From Tubiluchus corallicola (Eukaryota; Animalia; Priapulida), in assembly GCA_030141605.1 (NCBI GenBank), contig JAQGDQ010000131.1, forward strand, positions 186,001-250,000: a DNA stretch of 64,000 bases, read 5' to 3'. The notes under the pieces are model-generated. The model was given only the letters and a program-made list of their open reading frames with translations. It had not been told where the DNA came from and searched no databases. Each line of letters starts with the position of its first letter. Positions within the stretch are counted from its first letter, which is position 1. This document shows, one piece after another, positions 1 through 11,440 of this stretch. The translations under genes were made by a program, and so were the position numbers.

Positions 1-1837
1 TCAGTGTTCATGTGGTCTTGCACTTCACAGCAGGCAAAAACTAGTGCTTCCTGGCAATAAGAGCGATCCGGAAGGAAAGCTAAGTAATGACGCATTGCTT
101 GTGCGTAAGAGAGATGACTATTGCAGCTAATGCATGTGGATGGCACAAAATGCCACCGGGATACGTGATTTGACGTACAAGAAACAATATGGCGAAAACT
201 CGGCTCTTGAACAATCCTAAAATGGCTCTCAGTCGTACAGTAATTCTAGGCTTTACCAGTCGTTCTTAAGATTTTGCCTCACCTTGAAACTAACAGATTT
301 TTACCAGCCGAGTTATTGACGAGTTATTGTTACAGAGTCAAGCACTGTTCAGGTCCGTAGCAAAAGACCTTACCCAGCGTTAATGTGGTTACTAAGCAAT
401 GAAAAGCGTCTTCGTTTCTGTAAATTACGTAAAAGGAAAATTGCCTAGGTCGATATTGTTTTATCGTTTCACTAAGTAATGCTTGTCAATAAAATGCGTA
501 ATAATGTGGACGGAATTTTTCTAGACAAAATTATAGAAATAGTGAAAAGTGGCTAGATAGCACAGAGTAGGTAAAATGGACCAATTTAATATTTAAAATT
601 GATAAACCAATTAAAGATTCAATATAGAAGCACTTATACAATAATAATGATGTAATAAAGCTCATTATTTTATATGCTATATATAACAACCGAACTGTGC
701 ATGTTAAAAATGCACATTCAAAAAACAACTGTTGTTATCTATGGTGTTAATGAACGTGATAACAAACAATGTAAGGGGCTTACAGATAACTATTCAGGTT
801 AAAAAGTGTTAATATATAAAACATTACTTGCAATACCATATACACACAATTACAAATTTAGCACTATGTACAACTTAAAAATTTTAAGGTCTTACTGATA
901 TAATTTACACAAGAACGTTATTGCAACCTATTGTTAATGTTTGAGGACTGTTCGCGAATTCTTTTTTTCTTTAGTAATACGAGCATATTTGTAATTCTAG
1001 TGCGCGAATGCCGCCTGGTTATAATTATAATAGTTTTTTATAATCCTTAATTTGTACAGGTTGTTTTTTACAAGTTAAAATATTATCTTTTAGCTGTTTA
1101 GATCGACGTAAAACTATCCAAGTAATACGTCTGTTTTAGAAAACTGCGCCAAAAATCGTATAGTAAACTATTAAGACTTTTCTCTTTTTGTTCACTTTGA
1201 TACAATATTTGTTTTAAAACTGACTACGAATGTGATTTTTAAAAAGCAAAAAAGACTACCCTTATCCCTACAGTTCCCTACAGACAGTCCTTTTCCCTGC
1301 AGCTGTCGTTTCTTAACGCAAAAGAAGTTTGCCAGTCAAATTACTAGAAAATAACTACAAACTGTTGTTTTTATTACAAATATTTACTTAAACTATATGT
1401 TGCGGTTGAAGCAAAATTTAAAAAAATAAAAGAAAAGAAAAAAGTGAGAGCACTGATCCACAGCGCGCAACACCAAGGTTTAATATTGCGCGAATATTTT
1501 ATGTAGTGTCAGGCAAAGAAGGAGGTTACGGACAGATCAAATATAGATGAAAGGCAAAGCATTTCCTCTACTTTTGCAAAAAAATCTTGAACATCTGCTT
1601 TGCCTATTTGTAATATTTAACCGTGCATGCAGGGAAAGCGAGCGTAAAGCTTATATGCATAAATACACATGGGAGAAATTGATTTTCATAATCAATTTGA
1701 TTGTGCGTTAAATGTGCAAACATTTTACGTCTTCGTTTTCACAGACTGCAAGTTTCGTTTAGTAAAGTCAAAATGTGGGTATATCATACTTTTGAATGCC
1801 GCACGTTCCTGCGCATGTGCCGCATTTAAATTTTTTG

Positions 1838-2051
1838 GATTATGTAACCGACAGGAGACAAATGCGACTTTTTTCTTCCTTTTTGTTTTCTCCTTTCATC
1901 GTTTCATCTTTTGTTCCACCTCTCTGTTTTTCTTCTATTTTTTCCTTTTCTTCTTTTCCCTTCCTCTCGTTCTCTTCGTTCCTTTAATTCATTTATTTTT
2001 TCCTTTCTCTTTTACCACTCTTTGCCCTTGTCTCCTTGTTACTCCGGCTTT

Positions 2052-2102
<51 letters not shown>

Positions 2103-2110
2103 TTCTCTTT
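1838..2110. repeat. Copy 1 of a ~210-bp pyrimidine-rich module ending in a (CT)n tract
   Basis: GATTATGTAACCGACAGGAGACAAATGCGAC...ACTCCGGCTT aligns almost base-for-base with 4145-4368; followed by CT/CTTT low-complexity sequence to ~2410. Confidence 0.85.
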
Positions 2111-3070
2111 TTCTTGTTTTTTCCTCCTTTCTTTCTTTCTTTCTTTTCTTTCTTTGTTTCTTTATTCTCTCTTGCTTTCTTTTTTTATTACTTTCCTTTT
2201 CTTTCTTTGTTTCTTTATTCTCTCTTGCTTTCTTTTTTTATTACTTTCCTTTTCTCTCTCCTTCTCTTTGTTTTTTCTTTTGACTTCACCTTCTCTTTCT
2301 TTCTGTCGATCTTTCATTTTTGTTTTCTTTCTATTTTTTCATTAATTCCTCTTTTCTTCATTCTTTCCTTTTTCATTTTTCACTCTTTCACTTCTATTTT
2401 CGTTTTTACTCTTTACGTGAGTTACGGAATTACGTGAGTTCTCATACTGCGCTGAGTTAATTAACTTCCGGTTTTCTGTTTTCTAAATCACTGCTTCAAG
2501 ATGAAGCAGGTTATTGCGCCAAAGGAATTAAGCAAAAATCCTACTACGCAAAAGGCTCCGTGAAAGCTGTTACGATGAAAAGGAGTTGAGCTATTTACTC
2601 ATTTTTTGCTTTAAAATTCTGCAAAATTTGATTGCAGGTTGGTTATCTCGGTATGCCAAGCTTATATCGACTTGCGACGCAACGCGACGCAACTCGAATC
2701 AATTGACTGAAAAAAGTCGTATGGCCCGTTTATACATAAGGTGGGAAACCGCGCGGCCAAATACTCGACCGCGCGGTTACCCGCATTGAATGCTCTCTGA
2801 GCGATTTTTTTTTACAAAAACCGCGCGGTTTTCCTGTAAACAACCAATTATAAGTGGGCTTTGTTAATACGGACGTAATCAGCAAAGGCACTGCTTTAGC
2901 AGAAACAAATAGATCTCTACACATGTTTTGAAGTGCACATTGCACAATTGCTGATAAAACCGAAACAATAATATTAGAATTAGAAGACAATCCAATTTTA
3001 TAAGCCTGAGTACAAAGATAGCTGTAAAGCATTATCCAGCAAATTTCCATGGTTTCGGTTTAACAAGTGA

Positions 3071-3763
3071 GGGTACCGTAATTCACGTACCGCACTTACA
3101 TTGAGAGTTAAGCATGCGCAAGCTACATGCACTTAGGGATTTAGGCGCAATTCACAAAACTCAAAACTACCGTAGAAACGTGCGTAAGGTTACAAGTGGT
3201 CGGGAGCACTCATAAGTCTGTTTTCACGACGCAACCCATTTCGACTTCCACGTTATTTACATTTGCATTAAAAGGAGCTGTTCACTTTCCCAATTCATGT
3301 AAAAAGTAACAATAGCAGCATAAGTAGCGGTGGTGAGGGTTGGTCGTGGCCTGCTGTGGCGAGTGTGACAGGTTGACAAGACTCTGTACGCAGTCATCCA
3401 CAATTTCCGCTCTTACGATAGCCGCTTTATCACAACATGGCATCATCTCCAATTCCCCCCGCCACAATCCAAACATGCCACAATGGCAATGGCAGCGGCG
3501 GTGGTAAAGTTTTTCATTTGCTTGACACAACAAAGTGAAAAAAATCCGAGACCGGATGACCAAACATGGATGACCGTTTACTCAAGGTTTAAGAGCGATT
3601 CACCAAAAATTCCTTACGTGAATTACACTTATCGCCGTACAGCAAAACGTACTTACGCAAACCTTAAAGCAATGACGTGAATTGAATGGGCAAACATGCT
3701 TTAGTTTCTTGTACGCAAACATGCGTACATGCGTTTCGTAGGCAAGATACGTGAATCCAGCCC
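3071..3763. mobile_element. Probable non-autonomous DNA transposon remnant (PIF/Harbinger-like ends)
   Basis: Left GGGTACCGTAATTCACGTA and right TACGTGAATCCAGCCC are imperfect inverted repeats; no clean TSD, no transposase. Confidence 0.4.
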
Positions 3764-4144
3764 GAGTGCGACCGATTTGCAACAAATACGACTTCCGATG
3801 CATCATAGTGCATAGTGAATATTATATGGAGATGAAGAAACAAGTACCTACCTACATACATAAGTTCGGAATACGTACTTATTTCCTCATCTTCTTGCAC
3901 TCACTTCTTCGATTTTCATCCGGTTTTGTCAATCGCATATTGTTCGGTCAGTATCGGAGGATGATATATGTTACATTTACACGATTGGATTTCTACCTGA
4001 CTTTGTCAACAGCTTGCATTTACGCGGAAATTTAAACATTGAACGATCCAAATGTTGATGTCTAACAAATTCTGTTCGCACTGTTTGAATGCTTCGTTTG
4101 TTATGTTTGGTGTACAATGTAGTTGGTGTTTATATAATATAACC

Positions 4145-4562
<418 letters not shown>

Positions 4563-5349
4563 CTCTCCCTACCTCCCTCCTTCAGCCTCTCTCTTTACGG
4601 GGGACACCCCTGCGTATGCTACAGTGCCACTACATCAATAGTTCAATGCTTATTTAAACGTAAGCATAATAATGAATAGCTGTAGTTTGTCTTATTTACG
4701 CTACATTTACAATGCATTTTCACATTTGTATTAAGTCTACAGGATGTCACGTGAACGCGAAAAGTTTATTATTGGTTATAATATTACGAAGTCTGAAGAC
4801 TGTTGGACGAAAAGTAGAGGGCCTGCTGATTTTCATCCGATTTCGTCGTTAAATTTTCCTGTTCACACCGCATCCGACAAAATCTGTCCAGCATCATCCG
4901 ATTTTGTTTGGTCGTGTAAACGGTTCAATCAGACGTTTCGTCCAACTTCACCTCTTATTTTTTAAGTTTCTAAGTGCTTACTTTATGGTCGCCGTATTGA
5001 AATGTCCAAGCGTTACTCGCCATACTTAATTGATCATTTTAGCCGCTGAATGTACATTTCTTTTTAGACACACGTGTGGCTATATTTCTTAGTAATTACC
5101 AATCTCTAATTCGCTATGAAAACTCAATTACATGTAATTAGTATATTGTGAATCATGAATTTATTCCACAGTGAATCGTGCATACAAACATACACACAAA
5201 TTGTTGACACATTATAAAATGAAATAAACGAGTCACTGTGAGGAGAAGGAAGGACCATTATGCTTTCGAGTCCTCCTCCAGATAAGTGGAACAATTAGCA
5301 ATTAGCATTACATAGTATTTTCAACAGCCATAACGTGCATTAGAACAAA

Positions 5350-5700
5350 ATAAGTTTTGTTAGTAACTTAAGATCAGGATGAGTAAAATTGTGTCGAGTT
5401 AATATTTGTTTTTGGAAGAGGGACATAGTTTTCAACTGAATATCTTGTGCAATGACCATGTTGATTTGAAACAGGACTAAAGTATGAATGAAAAGCTGGC
5501 GGAAGAAGTGAATTATGATATTGATATATGAAATATAATGACAATGCATGTCATTATTTCTTTCACTTTAAGAGTTTTAAAAGACAAGTAGATTATATTT
5601 GTGAGATGATCATGCCTTAAATGATGTGTTAGTTTAAGAATATCTTCAATTTTAGTTCTTAGTCACCCAAGCGAGGGGGCAATAGTCATTAGGCAATTAG
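5350..5700 (-). mobile_element. Degenerate LINE (L2/CR1-group) ORF2 C-terminal fragment
   Basis: Minus-strand pieces LLKLLKVKEI and PPAFHSYFSPVSNQHGHCTRYS resemble the LKL..I / LP..F..YF....H..NTR tail of CR1/L2-group RT proteins; frameshifted. Confidence 0.45.
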
Positions 5701-6509
5701 TCGTCTTTCGATGCTCAAGTAAATACTCATGTTTAGTCGCCGTATTTAAGTACTCACGCCACAATTTTCGGTCGCCCATTTTCAACACAATATTGCTCTA
5801 CTAGGTTGCGCGATGGAGGTTTTCTCGAAGATTCATTCTGTCTTGTTAATTAATAGTATTTCAAGAGATTACGCTGAGTTAATTAAACTCGAGTTTTTTG
5901 TCTTCCGGATTATATTGTTTTAAGACGAAGTACCTTAAAGGTTTGTGCACAGAAGAGAGCATAAAGCTTATATGTAAACTGTTGGTAATTCACTCTACAG
6001 GGGGAGAGTATTGTTATCATTGTTTATTTCTGCCTCCTGCAACATTGTTTATTTCTGCTTTCTGCAAAATGTTTTGCTTAATGGATGAGAAGCTGTGGCA
6101 CATGAAACTTGGATAGCCTTCTTTCTGAAAATCTGTTTCACCGAACTCCTCGTAGGACGTTAATATGCCGTCATCATACGCCCATTAGAGTAATTGCAGC
6201 CATGGGGCTGGCAGAATTGAAATGTAATAGACAGCAGGTAAACACTAGAGTAGATATTGCTATAACAGTGGTTTGTGAGCACGACTTCCGTTTGAGGAAT
6301 CTTTTGAAGTCTGCGGAAAACTGGGAAATGAAATTAATTACGCATTTATGTAGCTGTAAACTTCAGTTTCACGTGGGTACTTTAAATACCCGGAATGGGC
6401 AAATTTTAGGTATATCGACCAATTTTTAAGCATTTATAAATATAAGCTCATAAATTAATCACCAATGCCTTCTGTTCTACATGTTCTCTTGTTCTTTGTT
6501 CTTTACAAC

Positions 6510-7070
6510 ACCTGTAAAGTATATTTGCACGTCCATATGTAAGACCACAATCGTTGAATATTGCTCACCAGTATGCTGTCCATATCGCTGGGTGGTATTG
6601 TAGAGCTTTCAAATATATTTTACACGTAAACTCTTTGTTAGATGTAGCATGGCTAGTAATCTCATAGTTTAAAATTTAAAGTCATTAGAAGAAAGACGAG
6701 TTCAGAATGATCTATGTATGAATTATAAAATCATTCATAAAGAAGTAAGTTTGATTTTTTGTAGGGCACCATCTAATCGTACGCGGAGCAACTACTCATT
6801 GAAATTTTTATACAAAGAACAAATAAAAAGCAGTTTCCAAATTGTGTGAAAAGTTCTCTGCTTGTGACTACAACAAGTGTTAATATTCCGTAAAAGGTTA
6901 CGTTTAGTTGATCTTGATAACTTTCTCACACGTCTCTTTGTGTCACCCGAACACTCAAAAATACAAATTTATTTTAATGTAATTTTTTATTGTGTTGTAA
7001 TGTAATACTGTTGTATTGTTATATGTATGTACATTGTCTGTAAATTTTACCTGAACGTTAATAAATTAAA
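6510..7070 (+). mobile_element. Degenerate CR1-group LINE 3' fragment
   Basis: YVRPQ..EYCSPV followed by LNLKSLEERRVQNDLCMNYKIIH and NRTRS, typical of the CR1/L2 RT C-terminal region; AT-rich tail with AATAAA near 7060. Confidence 0.6.
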
Positions 7071-8106
7071 TTATTTTACGATGTCAGACTCTGAAGGCGG
7101 GTTGCACAGTAAATTTGTTACCTCATAATTTTTTTAGCAAATGTAGAAGCTATTCAATAATTTCGCTGCATGTGTCAAAAATAAAAAAATACGTAATTTT
7201 GACATTCCGGATACGTTTGAGCACACCCTAATAGAAAGGTCGTAAAATGTGATAAAAAACTAAATTCTTTTCTGAAGAGCTCGCAGAAACTTTGCTCCGG
7301 GAAGCTAAAGGCAGTTGGGTATCATTTTTGAACTAATAAAAACTCATTTTTGGTGGAAAGCAGTGCTTATTTAATTAGTGGACGTTCTTTGAAGTTCAGT
7401 GTCGAGCTGTTCAAGTTCTTTTTTGTAGGTGTTTCAAGAAATGTCTTCAATTCAAGATAGTGGAGCAAGTCAGTGGTACTGGTAGTGATCGCAAAGGAGT
7501 CGTTATATGGTTTTGCTGCAATTAAAGGAAAAATCTAGTCAAAGCTCGCCTTAAATAGGTCCAGAATTTCATGTTTGTTTGTTTCTATGCCCCCTTTTCA
7601 GTTTTTGACTGCCAAATTAATGGCATAGCTATGAATAGGCTGGACATAAAAGAGATTTGCGAGCGTTCTGATGATCAATTTGTTTTTACAAAATAATTTT
7701 TGGCTCACTGGGGGACTTTTCCAATTACTGCGTGTGCACTTTTGTTAAAATGCCACGAACAAGGCTGTCACTCCGGGAACGGATACATAGAAAGGTGTAA
7801 AATATCAATATAGGGCCAGAAAAATTTCCTGCATGTAATTTGCTAATGATAGGTTGTGCTTGTTAATGTTCTTCCCGAATTGAATGTGGTTGTATGCAAC
7901 ATGCAACAGGTAAACATTTTTGGTAGAGTTCCGCAGAGAAGAGGCTCAAAAGAAATAGCAGGATTTATAAGGAGTCGTACTGCATTAATTATTATTTTGA
8001 TTGTAACTCTTTATTTTGCACTTAGCAAAATCCTGAAAAAAATGAGAAGCATCAACCAAATTGTTGGTAATATGGCCGAAGTAGCGTTTAGAAAATAATG
8101 ATGTGA

Positions 8107-8330
8107 AGGCCTGTTACAACTGATAATGTAATAAAGCCCGACAATGTAATAAATGAAAATTACCGCATAATGTAATAAAAACTTAACGCGTAATGTAAGA
8201 CGACCAAAACGCATAATGTAATAACCCAAAGTTTAACGCATAATGTAATAACTAACCAATAATGTAATAAAAACTTAACGCGTAATGTAAGACGACCATA
8301 ACGCATAACACCACAAAACGCACCATGTAA
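8107..8330. repeat. Array of (CGC)ATAATGTAATAA motifs with an internal duplication, likely a DNA-transposon subterminal array
   Basis: About seven AATGTAA(TAA) motifs; block ATAATGTAATAAAAACTTAACGCGTAATGTAAGACGACCA occurs at ~8167 and ~8259. Confidence 0.7.
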
Positions 8331-9339
8331 TGAGAAATTCAAATTGATTGATATAAGAACTAGCTGAAGTAATGTTGCTTTGTACCAGTTGTGTAGGGCT
8401 GTGGGAATGGTATTCATCCTTGCAATGGTTCGCCTCTTTTACTGTTCGCGACTAGTAGGATTCGCTATTAGTACAGTTCGTCAGTGGTACGGTTCGCCAC
8501 TTTTATCAGTTGTAAGAGAGGATGAGAAAATCTTTTATTAAAGCATAAAATAAAGAGGCCGAATGCAGCAACTGATCTTCGACGAGGCAAAAGTTTATAC
8601 TGTATCAGAACTGACCTGATTGGCAAAACGATTTTACAATCTGTCATAAGCTAACAATCCATACCAAGTTAAGCATCAAGTCACTTGTAGTAATAATACT
8701 AAGCAGGTTACACAGTGTGGCCATCCCGGGATGGGAGTGGGGGATTTAGGATCTCTCCAAATTTACTTCGACATTTAACCTTTGACTTTTCCCTTTCACC
8801 AGCGACCCTTACCTGTCATTTTTACCTGTGGTTACAAGCGTTTTACCTATGTAATGTTTTTGTGTTTACTTTGTGTTTTACTGTTTTCGTACAGGTGCTA
8901 TATCTGTTTGTTGTTTTTTGTGTGGACTTGGTGTTTTGTTGCTATTTTTGTGAGAACCATTCATAAAAAGTGATAATCATTATTGTGAGAACATGCTTAT
9001 TGACTATTTGAAGTTGCCGATCCTGTAGGAACCATTGGCCTCTAGTTTACCCAATAGCCGTCCATTTATCGGCACGGTTAACACCTTAAATTGGGACTGT
9101 TTAGGTTTTTTCCTATATATGGTCAGACAAAAAATACAGTTGCATAATTGCTTACCCGACAGCAGTCTATCCCCCGCTGGTTACCATTTCAGTATTTCGA
9201 GGACTCGGGGAAAATAGTAATTAATGTGAATAGGATATGCTAATGCAATACAGCAAATTCTTTGGAATACTATCTATGCAGTTTAAGATTCAGATATACT
9301 ATTCTGCTAAATGGTCATTTGGGAGTTGTGATTTTATTT

Positions 9340-10400
9340 AGCCACATTTTGCATAATTTTTTTTTATTAATCTTTGTACTTGGTCAAACCTTCGCACATT
9401 GTATTTGTTGAGCACTAAATCAGGGAAAATGTTTCGTTGCTAAAATGTGTTGCGGCTAAGTCTTTCATGACTTATAGAAGAAATGCCACCAGAGGTGAAG
9501 ATAGTTTTTCAATATATTCACGATAAACCTTAACGTTTTCATCTGGGCTTATCAGTTTCTCGAACTCGTCAAACATTGCCTCGAGCTTCCTGGGCACTGT
9601 AATGAAGTGTCACTTTTTTGCACGTCTTGTGGAATTTTTTTCACAGCGTTGTTACACAGTTCCATGATGATGACAAAAAAATTAAAGTCGTAACTTTCTT
9701 AAGTGTGATGCAACTTTCACGAATTTTTATAGCAATTTGCTCGTTTTTTTTCCGGCGGACATCAAATCATTTTCGTATTGATCGAATTGCGAATCTGACC
9801 GAATTAAAAAAGCGTTGCTTTGCCAACGTTTTCTCTAGGCAACAAATCACTTGCAAGTGGAATACAAGTTCTTTAGATGGTAACTCGAGAAGCTTTGATG
9901 AAGCTCCAACTTTTGGTTCAAAAGGTTCCTCAAAAGGAACCAAGTTGTCCACATATTCTTTTTCAGTGAGAAAAAGACTGAACAGTGATGGAACTCCACA
10001 TCATCTTCATTAAAACACAACTTTTTACCCAGTCTGTCTAACTTCAACAAGATGTAGATCGCCCAAAGGACGTATCACCTATCTTTGATAACATGGACAA
10101 TGTCTCCCGCACTAATATCAGTATTCATCTTTAAAGTTATGTAAGTTTTATCTTCAAAATAAGTTCTTAAGATTTTGAAATTTTCGTTTGGTCCTTGGCA
10201 CCTCATATTCTGCTATCTGATACTTTTCATTAATCTCTTCTACTGAACTTGCTTGTGACCATTTTAATGAATCAAAGTCATCTATACCTCCCAAGACCTT
10301 CTGTATCATAAGTGCCATAATTTGCTGAAGAAAATGCACGTCACATTTTCATAAAAGATATATCTCTTTTCATCCTCAGTGACAACTAAAATAATTCCTC
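9340..10400 (-). pseudogene. Intronless decayed Epac/RAPGEF4-like fragment (Ras-association plus CDC25/RasGEF domains)
   Basis: Collinear minus-strand pieces YFEDKTYITLKMNTDISAGDIVHVIKDR, MDNLVPFEEPFEPKVGASSKLLELPSKELVFHL, KFVKVASHLRKLR..VIIMELCNNAV, VPRKLEAMFDEFEKLISPDENVKVYREYIEK, LSSPLVAFLL*VMKDLAATHFSNETF follow the order of Epac2 segments ([66 protein letters not shown]); many stops and frameshifts. Confidence 0.75.
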
Positions 10401-10659
10401 CTTTGTTGTTAACATTAATGAGAATGAGTAACTAAGCGTGGGCTGGCGGTCAAGGTAACATGATGCACAATGCTCTAAACTAGATAGCAAGACACTGTTA
10501 CTAACTTATTGCAAGCCTGATGCTACATGAAACGATTCGTTACTGGTCGCTAAGCGGTTAGCATTACTAACTATAAAATACGAGTTTTCAGATTATTCAG
10601 GTTTTATAATTCTAAGTTTGTATAAAAACTTATATTGGCTTAGTTCGTTGCTTCCTTCT

Positions 10660-11440
10660 AGAGGTGGCAAGTAGTACTGGTCTAGTCAGACTTGTTGATT
10701 GTTACTTACCAGTTCAGGGTAAATAGATGACAAGTAGTACTGGACTAGTCAGACTTGTTGATTGTTACTTACCAGTTCAGGGTAAATAGATGACAAGTAG
10801 TACTGGACTAGTCAGACTTGTTGATTGTTACTTACCAGTTCAGGGCAAACAGAATCTATCAGAATTTCTTGACTGTCTTGATGCATTATAAAGCCACTTT
10901 GAGCTCAACGACGGATATGTTTACGCTTTAGGAGACTTGAATGCCTCTCCAGGCAGATCACATGGAGATAGTCTTATAGAGTTTTGCAATATGTCTTATA
11001 GAGTTTTGCAATATTAATTCTACATTTATTGCATATATTCAATTGTTATAAAGCCTCTTTGAGCTCACCGACGGGTTATGTGTATGCTTTAAGAGACTTG
11101 AATGTCTCTCCAGACAGATCATATGGACACAGTCTTATGGAGCTTTGCAATATTAATTCTATATTTATTGCAGATATGCAATTGCCCCAAATGAAACTCA
11201 CATTTCTTAGTGGCGACCACAGAACGACCTCTTGGCTTGACCATTGCCTTACAACAAGCAGTTTTTTTAAATATTTCTAATATGAACGTTCTTTAAGAAC
11301 ACACTACTGTGGATGATTTTCCCTTGTGTTTTACTCTAGAAGAAAACACATTTGGTAACATTTCTAATGTTTACAATGAAAGGAATGGCAGGCCGACTTC
11401 TGCTATAACTCCCATATGCAAGTGGAATAATGTGATGTCA
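10660..11440 (+). mobile_element. Non-LTR retrotransposon fragment, apurinic-like endonuclease domain
   Basis: LVRLVDCYLP...EFLDCLDAL...VYALGDLNA...TFLSGDHRTTSWLDHCLT = APE motifs (YxP, GDxN, LDH); interrupted by tandem duplications and stops. Confidence 0.8.
10668..10852. repeat. 63-bp tandem repeat, ~2.9 near-identical copies
   Basis: Unit starting CAAGTAGTACTGG at 10668, 10731 and 10794. Confidence 0.95.

Noticed and set aside
9100-10450. Initial idea of a decayed hAT transposase
   Set aside because: The translation fits RA/RasGEF motifs and shows no DDE or hAT dimerisation motif
10668-10852. CRISPR-like array
   Set aside because: Head-to-tail 63-bp units with no unique spacers, inside a LINE, in eukaryotic DNA with no cas genes
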